From a bacterium (GTDB lineage Bacteria; CLD3; SB21), in contig JABWCP010000008.1 in the NCBI GenBank assembly GCA_013360215.1, positions 1 to 64,000 of the forward strand: DNA of 64,000 nucleotides. Reading direction: 5' to 3'. The translations under genes were made by a program, and so were the position numbers. Shown one piece after another: positions 50,471-60,139 of this stretch (the first letter of the stretch is position 1; each line of letters begins with the position of its first letter). The notes under the pieces were generated by a model. The model saw nothing but the letters and a program-made list of their open reading frames with translations. It searched no databases and was not told where the DNA came from.

Positions 50471-51472
50471 GTGGCACAAAAAACGGCCATTATATTACTA
50501 CAGCTTGGCGGACCGGATAACTTAGATGCAGTCGAACCGTTTTTGTATAATTTATTTTGTGATCCGGACATCATTGATCTGCCAGGCGCTTTCCTTTTTC
50601 GTAAAGGTCTCGCACGTTTGATTTCGACCCGCCGTTCACTGCCCGTCCGGGAACTCTACAAAAATATCGGAGGCCGTTCACCGATCTTGCCGCAAACCGA
50701 AGAGCAGGCACAGGCGTTGCAAGTACGATTGGATACATCCGGTCACCGATGTACCGTATTTATCGCGATGCGCTATTGGCACCCCATGACCGATGCGGTA
50801 GCCCGATCCATAGCCGAGGGTGGTTACGATCGTATTCTTTTGCTCCCGCTGTATCCGCATTATTGCAAGGCTACGACCGGCTCCGGTATCAATGAATGGA
50901 AACGCTGCGTTAAAAAATATCAGATTGATCGCATTCCTGCCAAAATCATCGAAAGTTATTTTGATCATCCGGATTATATTCGCGCAATCACGGATAATAT
51001 CCAAAAAGCACTAGCCAAACTACCGAGCGAAGAGCGTGCGCAGATACATCTGGTATTTAGTGCACACGGCACACCGATGAAACTTGTTCGCGATGGCGAT
51101 CCGTATTCGTTGCATATTCGTCGCACATACGAAGCAGTTTTATCCGCCGGTAATTTTAGGTTACCCCATCATCTGTGTTTCCAAAGCAAAGTCGGCCCGC
51201 AAAAGTGGCTTGAGCCTTCGCTGGTGCAGACCATCGCTCAACTCGCGTCACAAAAGGCATCAGGCATACTGGTGGTTCCTATCGCTTTCGTGACGGAGCA
51301 CATCGAAACGCTTTCTGAAATCAATATCGAAGCGCGTCATGAAGCGGAACAAGCAGGCGTTCGGTATTTTGATATGATGCCTGCACTCCGCGATCATCCG
51401 TCTTTTACCGCGTGTCTCTACGACCTCACTCTAAAGGCATTGCACGGTGCTTGGCCCGTATCGCAATCATAG
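50471..51472 (+). CDS. hemH: ferrochelatase
   Basis: LLQLGGP, GGRSP, AMRYWHP, LPLYPHY, FSAHG, FQSKVGP..WLEP, HIETLSEI. Confidence 0.95.
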   Translation: MAQKTAIILLQLGGPDNLDAVEPFLYNLFCDPDIIDLPGAFLFRKGLARLISTRRSLPVRELYKNIGGRSPILPQTEEQAQALQVRLDTSGHRCTVFIAMRYWHPMTDAVARSIAEGGYDRILLLPLYPHYCKATTGSGINEWKRCVKKYQIDRIPAKIIESYFDHPDYIRAITDNIQKALAKLPSEERAQIHLVFSAHGTPMKLVRDGDPYSLHIRRTYEAVLSAGNFRLPHHLCFQSKVGPQKWLEPSLVQTIAQLASQKASGILVVPIAFVTEHIETLSEINIEARHEAEQAGVRYFDMMPALRDHPSFTACLYDLTLKALHGAWPVSQS

Positions 51473-51602
51473 GCGGCTGGATCATATAGTAATGTTCCTA
51501 AGTAAATATTGAAGAATAACTCCTTCGGGGCGATATACCTTTAGCAAAGAAACTTTTTTAAAAAATACCGTATAAATTAGAAATCATAACCGATACTTCG
51601 CC

Positions 51603-52511
51603 ATGCGTTACGTTGATCGTTTTCCCGATCCGCACTCCCGCCGATTTGATAAAGCCGAATGGCGTGATGAACATGGTGTGGCCAACGTGATCATTCATTG
51701 CCAATCTTCAGGAATTGCTTTTCCCAAGCATTGGGGTCCCCTCTCGCTCAAAACCACATTATCCGGTCATGAATACTATGTCACACGGCACAGCACGCAC
51801 CGCGTTACGCCGGAACGGATTTTGATACTCAATGAAGATACGACTTACGCCAGTTATATTCGCGACGGTGAAACCGTCGAATCGTTTACAATCAATTTCA
51901 GTGCGGATTTTATACGCACCGCTTTGCGCGATAGCATGTCCGATAGTATGCAAAAATTAGATGATCCTTTTTCGGGCGAAGCGCCTTCCGTGCAATTTCC
52001 GGAGTACACGCTGCCGTATCATCATCATATCCGGACCCGTCTGAACCGTATTCGACGATGCCTTACCATGCCCGCGGATTTGAACGGACGCGTGGACGAA
52101 GAGTTGTCGTTTTTATATGAAGCGATGCGCACGCTTTCCGCGTCAGAAAATAAAAAAACGCGCGGCCTGCCTTTCCAAAAAGTCTCGACACGCGAAGAAC
52201 TGTACCGGCGGCTTCAGCATGTCCGGGATTATATGGAGGCCTGTTATGCGGAATCTATAAATCTGCACGATCTCAGTCGCGTGGCGTGCCTTTCCGTGCA
52301 TCATTTGATTCGCCTTTTCAAATCACATTTTTTATGTACGCCGCACCAATATCTCATACGATGCCGATTGCTCGAGGCCAAACGACTCACCGAAACCACT
52401 TCCCTTCGTATTGAAGACATTGCACGCCGTGTCGGCTTTGAAGACCGAAGTTCATTTTCACGATTGTTTCGTCAGCATTTCGGCAAAAAACCCTCCGACC
52501 GCACGCAATAA
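51603..52511 (+). CDS. AraC family transcriptional regulator
   Basis: C-terminal double HTH (LHDLSRVACLSVHHLIRLFK; IARRVGFEDRSSFSRLFR). Confidence 0.92.
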   Translation: MRYVDRFPDPHSRRFDKAEWRDEHGVANVIIHCQSSGIAFPKHWGPLSLKTTLSGHEYYVTRHSTHRVTPERILILNEDTTYASYIRDGETVESFTINFSADFIRTALRDSMSDSMQKLDDPFSGEAPSVQFPEYTLPYHHHIRTRLNRIRRCLTMPADLNGRVDEELSFLYEAMRTLSASENKKTRGLPFQKVSTREELYRRLQHVRDYMEACYAESINLHDLSRVACLSVHHLIRLFKSHFLCTPHQYLIRCRLLEAKRLTETTSLRIEDIARRVGFEDRSSFSRLFRQHFGKKPSDRTQ

Positions 52512-52596
52512 AAAAAAGCAATTTTCACCACCTTGTTTTAACAAACCTCTGCGCATATTATAGGGATGATATTATTCCAAAACGAAAGGCACACGT

Positions 52597-53091
52597 ATGT
52601 TGATGCGATCTTTCATTATCGCGCTTTTTTTTATATGGACTCAATCCTTTGCACAAATGCCGATGGATTCGACAGCGTTTGATTTTTGGGTAGGTGAATG
52701 GACGGCGACTTGGTCCAACGCCGACGGCAGCACCGGTAAAGGTCAAAATCGCATCGTCAAAATTTTAGACGGCAAAGTGATTCAGGAACATTTTGAAGAC
52801 GAAAGCGGATTCAAAGGAACGAGCCTTTCCGTATATACACCTGTTCAAAAAAAATGGCGTCAAGCATGGGCCGATAACCAAGGCGGTTATTTTGATTTTG
52901 AAGGCGATATGTCGGACGGAAAAAAGATTTTTAAAACCAAAATACGCGAAGCCAACGGCAAACAATATATGTCACGTATGCTGTTTTACGATATCAAGAC
53001 GGATGCGTTTACGTGGGATTGGGAAAAAACAGAGGACGGCGGCAAAACATGGGCCTTGCAATGGCGCATACAATATGTGCGCAAAAAATAA
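52597..53091 (+). CDS. secreted hypothetical protein (DUF1579-like)
   Basis: Signal peptide; FDFWVGEW...WRQAWADN...WEKTEDGGKTW; same motif pattern as 45822-46376. Confidence 0.72.
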   Translation: MLMRSFIIALFFIWTQSFAQMPMDSTAFDFWVGEWTATWSNADGSTGKGQNRIVKILDGKVIQEHFEDESGFKGTSLSVYTPVQKKWRQAWADNQGGYFDFEGDMSDGKKIFKTKIREANGKQYMSRMLFYDIKTDAFTWDWEKTEDGGKTWALQWRIQYVRKK

Positions 53092-53110
53092 TGGAAAGAC
53101 GGATTGAAAT

Positions 53111-54166
53111 TCAGTTCGCCCCCGTCGGCGCATCATAATATTTACTTTTGATCCACAACGCAACGCGAACGAGGCTTACCAAAACGGGCACCTCGACCAA
53201 TGGACCGATCACGGCAGCAAACGCTGCACCGGATGAGATACCGAAAACCGCTATGGCAACGGCGATCGCCAGTTCAAAATTATTGCTCGCCGCGGTAAAC
53301 GAGAGCGTAGCCGACTCGGCATAGTCCGCACCGCTGCGACGGCTGAGATAAAAAGAAATCAAAAACATCACGACAAAATAGATCACCAGAGGAACGGCGA
53401 TGCGCAAAACATCGAACGGAATCGTTACGATATACTCACCTTTGAGCGAAAACATAACCACGATCGTAAACAGCAACGCAATCAATGTCAGCGGCGATAT
53501 TTTGGGAATAAATTTTTCATGATACCAAACCCGACCTTTAGCTTTTAATAAAATCATCCGCGTAAGCATCCCGGCTAAAAAAGGAATTCCAAGATAGATA
53601 AATACGCTTTCGGCGATCTGCATGATCGTGATATCCACCGCAAACGCTTGTAATCCGAGCATGGAGGGAAACAACGTCAAAAAGAGATACGCATACACCG
53701 GGAAAAACAAAACTTGGAAAATGGAATTAAAAGCAACCAGACCCGCCGCGTACTCCGTATCACCATGCGCAAGTTCATTCCACACGATAACCATAGCGAT
53801 ACAGCGTGCAAGTCCGATCATGATCAGGCCGGCCATATATTCCGGATAATCGCGGAGAAATACGACCGCCAGCAAAAACATAAACACGGGGCCGATCAAC
53901 CAGTTTTGAACGAGCGACAGAAACAAAACTTTTTTATTCCGAAAAACATCCGCGAGTTCTTCGTATTTGACTTTGGCCAGCGGCGGATACATCATCAGAA
54001 TCAACCCTACGGCGATAGGAATATTGGTCGTGCCGGATTGGAACCGGTTCCAGAATCCAACGATGGGCGGAAACAAATAGCCTGAAAAAACGCCGATCAA
54101 CATGGCGATAAAAATCCACAACGTCAGATACCGGTCTATAAATGAAAGTTTACTGATCTTTTCCAT
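53111..54166 (-). CDS. acr3: ACR3 family arsenite efflux transporter
   Basis: [51 protein letters not shown] track start 54190. Confidence 0.96.
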   Translation of the reverse strand: MEKISKLSFIDRYLTLWIFIAMLIGVFSGYLFPPIVGFWNRFQSGTTNIPIAVGLILMMYPPLAKVKYEELADVFRNKKVLFLSLVQNWLIGPVFMFLLAVVFLRDYPEYMAGLIMIGLARCIAMVIVWNELAHGDTEYAAGLVAFNSIFQVLFFPVYAYLFLTLFPSMLGLQAFAVDITIMQIAESVFIYLGIPFLAGMLTRMILLKAKGRVWYHEKFIPKISPLTLIALLFTIVVMFSLKGEYIVTIPFDVLRIAVPLVIYFVVMFLISFYLSRRSGADYAESATLSFTAASNNFELAIAVAIAVFGISSGAAFAAVIGPLVEVPVLVSLVRVALWIKSKYYDAPTGAN

Positions 54167-54190
54167 AGTGAATCTTGCGTGTGGCATCAC

Positions 54191-54613
54191 TTATCGAAGT
54201 GACTTTTGATAAAATGCAAAAAAGTCTTTTTTAATTTCATCACGGATGCGGCGAAATTCCTTCATCACATGTTCTTCTGCCCCAGAAGCCTCCGCTGGAT
54301 CATCAAACCCAATGTGCAATCGGTGGCTCACGGTTCCCGTAAAAACAGGGCACTGTTCTTGGGCATTACCGCATACGGTGATGACATAGTCAAACGGCTT
54401 ATCCAAAAAAAGATCGGTGCTTTTGGGATAGTTACCGCTGAGATCAATTCCAATCTCGCCCATTACCTTGACCGCCTTCGGATGCACTTGAGATGAAGGC
54501 CGTGTACCTGCGGAATACACCTCAAGCGAAGCATCAAATGATTTAAGAAACCCTTCGGCCATTTGACTGCGGCAGGAATTCCCGGTACAAAGGATTAAGA
54601 CACGTTTTTTCAT
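54191..54613 (-). CDS. arsC: thioredoxin-coupled arsenate reductase (LMW-PTP fold)
   Basis: LCTGNSCRSQMAEG, ITVC....CP, FDDP. Confidence 0.93.
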   Translation of the reverse strand: MKKRVLILCTGNSCRSQMAEGFLKSFDASLEVYSAGTRPSSQVHPKAVKVMGEIGIDLSGNYPKSTDLFLDKPFDYVITVCGNAQEQCPVFTGTVSHRLHIGFDDPAEASGAEEHVMKEFRRIRDEIKKDFFAFYQKSLR

Positions 54614-54632
54614 AAACACTACCTATTAATAT

Positions 54633-54654
54633 TAATTCGTTATATTACGAAATA
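54633..54654. promoter_or_regulatory. second ArsR-operator-like palindrome upstream of arsC
   Basis: TTCGT-TATATT-ACGAA, near copy of the site upstream of arsR. Confidence 0.55.
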
Positions 54655-54999
54655 TTATAAACACGCTATCATTTTGGGTGCTTGTATTTTTTTTACATCC
54701 GACTGTACCTGCGCCGTATCATTGAGCGCTGTATGAAGCAATATACGTAGCGCGGTTATTTCCGGATACAGAGGTTTCGTATTCAAACTATAATACACCC
54801 AACGGCCTTTTTTCTCTTCTTTTATATAGGCATTTTTTTTCAAAATTTTCAAATGCTGCGAAACGGTGGACGGCGCCAATTTTAAGACGTCCCGTATTTC
54901 ACATACACACAACGTACGTTGCTCCAGCATTTTGAGAATGCGGAGCCTGTTAGGATCGGAAAGCGCTTTGAATACTTCGGCGTAATTTTGAATGGTCAT
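54655..54999 (-). CDS. arsR: ArsR/SmtB family repressor
   Basis: FKALSDPNRLRIL, LCVCEI, STVSQHLKIL. Confidence 0.93.
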   Translation of the reverse strand: MTIQNYAEVFKALSDPNRLRILKMLEQRTLCVCEIRDVLKLAPSTVSQHLKILKKNAYIKEEKKGRWVYYSLNTKPLYPEITALRILLHTALNDTAQVQSDVKKIQAPKMIACL

Positions 55000-55001
55000 A
55001 T

Positions 55002-55023
55002 TAATTCGTTTATTAACGAATTA
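55002..55023. promoter_or_regulatory. ArsR operator candidate
   Basis: Perfect inverted repeat TAATTCGTT-TATT-AACGAATTA immediately upstream of arsR. Confidence 0.65.
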
Positions 55024-55087
55024 TAATAATCCAACCTCTTCAAAAAATCAATTCGTTTTTTGTGATACCGATTATTAGAAGTAGTGC

Positions 55088-55117
55088 TTGACAATACGAT
55101 ACGAACTGTTCTAATTT
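55088..55117 (+). promoter_or_regulatory. sigma-70-type promoter
   Basis: TTGACA-N18-TAATTT ending 5 nt before ATG 55123. Confidence 0.5.
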
Positions 55118-55122
55118 ACGTC

Positions 55123-55473
55123 ATGCAACGGATTTTTAAAGCTTCATTGTTTTTCACTGTTTTCGTTTTATTAAGCATTGCTTCGCATACTTATTCGGCC
55201 AGCCAACAAAACGAAAACCGTTCCCCGCATAAAACAGCACAAGAGCCGGCCTGGTCATCATTAGATCAGCGTGACGGTTTATTTTTTCTTTCATCGTCCC
55301 GCGAAGAAACTGCATCCCAATTAAAAGAAACACGCCATAAAGCGTGGATTCTGCCTGCACTACCTGTTTCATTTATTACGTACCGCAAATACCTCGATTT
55401 TTTTCAACTTTCACTGGCCCACAATTTTCTCCTCGGGCATACGACAGGTCTTCGCGCCCCGCCGATCTGCTGA
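55123..55473 (+). CDS. putative secretion-monitoring ribosome-arrest leader peptide (signal peptide + C-terminal RAPP)
   Basis: MQRIFKASLFFTVFVLLSIASHTYSA signal; ends GLRAPPIC*; ORF track start 55084. Confidence 0.65.
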   Translation: MQRIFKASLFFTVFVLLSIASHTYSASQQNENRSPHKTAQEPAWSSLDQRDGLFFLSSSREETASQLKETRHKAWILPALPVSFITYRKYLDFFQLSLAHNFLLGHTTGLRAPPIC

Positions 55474-55568
55474 CATCTCCCCCTCTATAAATCATTTATC
55501 GGCCACCCGGTGTGGCTGAGCCGGCACAGCTTCATGCCATCCGTGGTGGTGTTTCTCACGGAGGTACT

Positions 55569-55682
55569 ATGAGTTTTTCAACCGATGTGCTCACCAAGAT
55601 CGTTGTGATCGCCCTATCGATCACAATTTTCGGCGTGTTTGTACATCTCTATATCAAGTCCGGAAAATCTGAAAAAAAATGA
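55569..55682 (+). CDS. 37-aa single-TM small protein (absent from ORF track)
   Basis: GGAGGT SD; MSFSTDVLTKIVVIALSITIFGVFVHLYIKSGKSEKK*. Confidence 0.7.
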   Translation: MSFSTDVLTKIVVIALSITIFGVFVHLYIKSGKSEKK

Positions 55683-55702
55683 CATGAAACGGAGTATATA
55701 TT

Positions 55703-55987
55703 ATGTCAATCTCTCAACCCGAATCGCGCCCTTTGATCAGCATTACGGAATTATTCAATTCCGATCCGGAATGGGTCGTGAAGCGTGATAAAGCTATTAA
55801 GAAACTGTACGACGGCAATACGCAGGAATTCAATGCGTTCATGTCCAAACTGGAGCCCATGCGCGACTGGAAAGACGTGATGGACGCCGTCGAAGCCGAG
55901 TTTATGCGTAAAAAAATCAGACAAGACAGCAAAGAAGCAACCGGTCTTACGGATGTGCTTTTCAAACGATACTTCCCCTCGTATTAG
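55703..55987 (+). CDS. hypothetical soluble helical protein
   Basis: 94-aa ORF, GGAG SD, followed by a terminator. Confidence 0.78.
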   Translation: MSISQPESRPLISITELFNSDPEWVVKRDKAIKKLYDGNTQEFNAFMSKLEPMRDWKDVMDAVEAEFMRKKIRQDSKEATGLTDVLFKRYFPSY

Positions 55988-56016
55988 TCCGTCTGGATAT
56001 ATTCATTTCTTACTCC

Positions 56017-56055
56017 GAGCTGCGCGAATAATTTGCGCAGCTCTTTTTATTTTTT
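56017..56055 (+). terminator. intrinsic terminator
   Basis: GAGCTGCGCGAA-TAA-TTTGCGCAGCTC followed by a T tract. Confidence 0.85.
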
Positions 56056-56081
56056 GCCGCACCCTCTTCGCTGAAAAAATC

Positions 56082-56110
56082 TTGACTATTCACGGCTTAA
56101 TTTTTATGTT
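56082..56110 (+). promoter_or_regulatory. sigma-70-type promoter of ferredoxin
   Basis: TTGACT-N17-TATGTT. Confidence 0.5.
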
Positions 56111-56166
56111 GAGCCACGATAATGATGGATTTGTGCTCACTATAAAAAATTTTCAGAGGAGTAGAT

Positions 56167-56409
56167 ATGGCTTATATTATTGCAGAACCGTGCATCGGTG
56201 TTAAAGATACAGCCTGCGTCAAGGTTTGCCCGGTGGACTGCATTTATGACGGCGACGGTTGGGATCAGTTGTACATTCATCCGGATGAATGTATTGATTG
56301 CGGCGCATGTGAACCCGAATGCCCTGTCGAAGCGATTTTCGCCGCCGAAAACACGCCCGATAAATGGAAAAGTTTTATTCAGAAGAACGCGGATCAATTC
56401 AAACAATAG
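56167..56409 (+). CDS. 7Fe ([3Fe-4S][4Fe-4S]) FdxA-type ferredoxin
   Basis: C-x7-C-x3-CPVDCI and [20 protein letters not shown]. Confidence 0.93.
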   Translation: MAYIIAEPCIGVKDTACVKVCPVDCIYDGDGWDQLYIHPDECIDCGACEPECPVEAIFAAENTPDKWKSFIQKNADQFKQ

Positions 56410-56430
56410 ATCCCGTCTTGATTACACACG

Positions 56431-56468
56431 AAAAGGCTTGGACTTGTTCCAAGCCTTTTTATTTTTTA
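56431..56468 (+). terminator. intrinsic terminator (possibly bidirectional)
   Basis: AAAAGGCTTGGA-CTTGT-TCCAAGCCTTTT followed by a T tract. Confidence 0.85.
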
Positions 56469-56521
56469 TGCTCGTCGTTGCCGTAGCATCGCACCTGCCG
56501 TGCTAAAATGGGGAAATCAAA

Positions 56522-58468
56522 ATGAAAAAAATCACGTTACCGGCGTTTATCTTTCCTTGCGCATTGATTCTGCTCGATTATGTAACCAATAAATCAACCG
56601 TTACTTTTAATACCAACCGTATCCTGGCGTATACCAACGGGTTTATCGGTTCTATCGCGTTTTGGACTTTTTATCAATTAGCTTCGGCGTACACGCTGCA
56701 TCATTATCGCGAACACAAACGGGTTCGCATGCTTTTCATTGTCGGGCAAATTCTTTTTGCCTTGGTATTTACCGCTACGATTTCCGTAAGCCTCGGATAT
56801 TATTATGAGTTTGGTAACTTGCCCAATAAGTTTGCCGTGGCGTATCTGATGGATGAATGGACTGACGCGGTTAGTCTTATTACCGGTTATATTTCTATGC
56901 CGCTGATGTTTCTTCTGATGTCCGTATTCGCAGCGATATATGCCTGCCACTATTTTGTGATACGTCATATTGCACAACGTATGCACACGAGTACCCCGGC
57001 TTCGGTGAAGAAAGTCTTAGCGATTTTGGCAATCATCACCGCGGCATCGTTGCTCGGCGGTTTTTTTTCCAAAAAACTGTCCGCTACGTTACCGATGGAC
57101 TTCGGGAGTTTACAAGCCGTCGCAAAATATGCGTTCGGCGATAAGTCGGGAAAAGGCTATTCTGTTCCTCAACGAATTATTTTACCGGAGAATCGGACCG
57201 CCCCAAAACCATCCAATGTACTGTTGATCATCAACGAAACGTTGCGCGCCGATTTTATCGGTTATCAGACATTGGCTAATCCGATTCCGCCGGCTTCACG
57301 CATGACCGACGCAATCGCTTCTGACAGCTTGTCTTTCGTATTCAAACGCGCACGCAGCAATTCGAGTTCTACCCGTGTCAGCTTGCCTGCTATTCTTATG
57401 GGCATGATTCCCACAACCGCCACTTCCGCCGATTATCATCGCATGCCGACGCTTTGGAATGTGTCTAAAGCGCTGGGTTACCGCACTTTTTTTATCACGC
57501 CGCAAAACTGGGATTGGCAAAATCTGGATGTATTTTTTCTCAATAAACAAGTGGATCAAAGTATAACGGCTAAAGATATCGGCCCGCCTTACGTCAATAA
57601 TGCGGGCGTGGAGGATCGCCGAATATTGGATTACACTAATTCTATTTTTCAGGAATTTAAGAAAAACAAAAACCCGTTTTTTGGCGTTATTCAGTTTAAC
57701 TGCACGCACCAGCCGTATAATCCCGGCGACCCGCATACGGCGTTATCACCTAACTCAACCGAGCGGTATGCCGCGGCGGTACAATATTTGGACAGTTTGA
57801 TTGCGCAGATATACGTTCAACTCAATGAAGCCGGCCTGAAAGACGAAACGCTGATCATCGTGACAAGCGATCATGGTGAGAATTTTAAGCATCGCGGTCT
57901 TGCTCGATTGAATAATCTGTACGACGAAGTCATATGCATTCCATTATGGGTAAGTTATCCGAGCCAATATTATCAAACCCCCGAAGGTAAGGCGCGATTT
58001 CAAGCCTGGAAACAAAATGAATACAGTACGGTACAAAATGCCGATATTTTCCCGACCTTGTTAAGTTACTGGGGTGTTTACAAAACCTCACTTCAGGGTT
58101 ATTCTTATCAGGGAATGCGGTGGGAAGATCCGGCGGACTCCCTGCGTATCCTGAGCGGTACAAATACCGGCGATATCCGAAAGTGGAATCGTGAAGAGTT
58201 TTTTTTATTACGCCAACATGTGAAATTTTTAGCAACGGATAAAGCGGGGCCACAGATTTATAATTTGCAATCCGACCCGTATGAAGAACACAACTTGTGG
58301 GACGACTTATCTTTTAGAGAAGCGCATCGGCCATGGATACATCAATATATATCCGACCATGCGGTGCTCGCAGAATTGGCCAAGCGAATGAAAATTAATT
58401 TGGAAAACGAAGCCGCCACACAACCATCGGACTCTTCGCTTTCGCGTGCGGATATTGATTTGAAATAA
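56522..58468 (+). CDS. membrane-anchored sulfatase-like hydrolase/transferase (LtaS/EptA superfamily)
   Basis: ~5 N-terminal TMs, NVLLIINETLRAD, SST, THQPY, VTSDHGE, DIFPT. Confidence 0.82.
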   Translation: MKKITLPAFIFPCALILLDYVTNKSTVTFNTNRILAYTNGFIGSIAFWTFYQLASAYTLHHYREHKRVRMLFIVGQILFALVFTATISVSLGYYYEFGNLPNKFAVAYLMDEWTDAVSLITGYISMPLMFLLMSVFAAIYACHYFVIRHIAQRMHTSTPASVKKVLAILAIITAASLLGGFFSKKLSATLPMDFGSLQAVAKYAFGDKSGKGYSVPQRIILPENRTAPKPSNVLLIINETLRADFIGYQTLANPIPPASRMTDAIASDSLSFVFKRARSNSSSTRVSLPAILMGMIPTTATSADYHRMPTLWNVSKALGYRTFFITPQNWDWQNLDVFFLNKQVDQSITAKDIGPPYVNNAGVEDRRILDYTNSIFQEFKKNKNPFFGVIQFNCTHQPYNPGDPHTALSPNSTERYAAAVQYLDSLIAQIYVQLNEAGLKDETLIIVTSDHGENFKHRGLARLNNLYDEVICIPLWVSYPSQYYQTPEGKARFQAWKQNEYSTVQNADIFPTLLSYWGVYKTSLQGYSYQGMRWEDPADSLRILSGTNTGDIRKWNREEFFLLRQHVKFLATDKAGPQIYNLQSDPYEEHNLWDDLSFREAHRPWIHQYISDHAVLAELAKRMKINLENEAATQPSDSSLSRADIDLK

Positions 58469-58531
58469 AACGAAAAGTTTATATATATAGCCGATTCATT
58501 CAACAATGTCCCATTTGCTGAAGAGGTAATC

Positions 58532-58984
58532 ATGAAAATAGCTATTGGCTGCGATCACGGCGGGTTTCCACTCAAAGCGACGGTGATCGAAACTGTTCAG
58601 AAGGTCGGTCACGAAACCATGGATCTCGGAACATTTTCATCGGATCCTGCGGATTATCCCGATTATTCGGAAAAAGTAGCCCAGGCGGTACAAACCGGTC
58701 TCGCTGATCGCGGTATCGTCATCTGCGGCAGCGGTGTCGGCGCTACGGTGGCGGCCAACAAATTCAAAGGTATTCGCGCCGGATTATGTCATGATACATT
58801 TTCAGCCCGTCAAGGTGTAGAGGATGACGACATGAATGTGCTCACCCTCGGTGCGCGTATTATCGGTCCGCTTTTGGCCATCGAAGTGATCCAAGCATTT
58901 CTCAAAGCGCGCTTTTCCAACGCCGAACGTCACCTCCGGCGGCTGAATAAAGTCAAAGGTTTTGAAGAAAATTTCGGCAAATAA
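58532..58984 (+). CDS. rpiB: ribose-5-phosphate isomerase B
   Basis: IAIGCDHGG, DYPD, CGSGVG, ANKFKGIRA, RHLRR. Confidence 0.93.
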   Translation: MKIAIGCDHGGFPLKATVIETVQKVGHETMDLGTFSSDPADYPDYSEKVAQAVQTGLADRGIVICGSGVGATVAANKFKGIRAGLCHDTFSARQGVEDDDMNVLTLGARIIGPLLAIEVIQAFLKARFSNAERHLRRLNKVKGFEENFGK

Positions 58985-59017
58985 AAATTCTTATTTATTT
59001 TTTTAACTACTGGTCCT

Positions 59018-60115
59018 ATGGAAAAACCTTATCCGCCGGTTTATTACGCCGACTATTTGGAACTCAATCAGCTGCTCGGCGCACAACATCCTAAAAGCGA
59101 TGCGTATGGCAAACCGGCGCACGATGAGATGCTGTTTATCATCATTCATCAGGCGTACGAACTTTGGTTCAAACAAATTTTGCACGAAGTAGATTCCGTT
59201 GCACGCCTGTTTGCCGAAGATCATATTGATGAAAAAAACATAGGCATCGCCGTCGCAAGGTTGCAGCGCGTCACGGAAATTCAGAAAATCCTGGTAGATC
59301 AACTGCGGATTTTGGAAACGATGACACCGTTGGATTTTTTGGAATTTCGAGATTTTTTAGTCCCGGCTTCGGGTTTTCAAAGCGTCCAGTTTCGCCTGAT
59401 CGAAAACAAACTCGGGCTCAAACATTCCCAGCGACTCAATTACGGTCAACATCCATACCACGATCGGCTCTCCAAAGAACATCAATCTTTAGTGCAGACC
59501 GCTGAACAATCGGCTTCGCTGCTCGAATTGGTCGAGCGCTGGTTGGAACGCACACCGTTTTTGGAATTGGGTGATTTTAATTTTTGGAGCGCATACCGGG
59601 ATGCCGTAACACGCATGCTGGATGAAGATCACCGCACCATCGAACATAACGTCAGTCTTTCGCCATCCAAAAAAAAAGAACAATTAAAACAACTTGATCT
59701 CACGCGGATCAATTTTGATGCGCTCTTCGATGAAAATAAACATAACCAACTGATGAAGGAAGGCATACGCACGATTTCGTACCGCGCCACGCAGGCGGCG
59801 CTACTGATTTGTTTATACCGCGATCAACCGATATTGCATCAGCCGTTTCGCCTCATTACTTTACTTGTGGATATTGATGAAATGTTTACAACGTGGCGTT
59901 ATCGCCATGCACTGATGGTACACCGCATGATCGGCACCAAAATCGGCACGGGCGGTTCGTCCGGGCATCAGTACCTGAAAGGCACTTCGGATCAACATAA
60001 AATCTTTTCCGATTTTTTCAACCTTTCGACATTTTTAATTCCGCGTTCCTCATTACCCAAGCTGCCCGGCGACGTCGAGCGCAATCTTGGATTTGTCTAC
60101 AGTCAAAAACAATAA
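59018..60115 (+). CDS. kynA: tryptophan 2,3-dioxygenase (long form)
   Basis: HDEMLFIIIHQAYELWFKQ, PASGFQSVQFR, WRYRH, RMIGTKIGTGGSSG. Confidence 0.95.
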   Translation: MEKPYPPVYYADYLELNQLLGAQHPKSDAYGKPAHDEMLFIIIHQAYELWFKQILHEVDSVARLFAEDHIDEKNIGIAVARLQRVTEIQKILVDQLRILETMTPLDFLEFRDFLVPASGFQSVQFRLIENKLGLKHSQRLNYGQHPYHDRLSKEHQSLVQTAEQSASLLELVERWLERTPFLELGDFNFWSAYRDAVTRMLDEDHRTIEHNVSLSPSKKKEQLKQLDLTRINFDALFDENKHNQLMKEGIRTISYRATQAALLICLYRDQPILHQPFRLITLLVDIDEMFTTWRYRHALMVHRMIGTKIGTGGSSGHQYLKGTSDQHKIFSDFFNLSTFLIPRSSLPKLPGDVERNLGFVYSQKQ

Positions 60116-60139
60116 GGATCGTTAACCGATAAAACACCT

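Noticed and set aside
51516-51548. Possible half of another REP-like element (ACTCCTTCGGGGCGATATACC..TAGCAAA)
   Set aside because: Single degenerate copy with no partner in the window.
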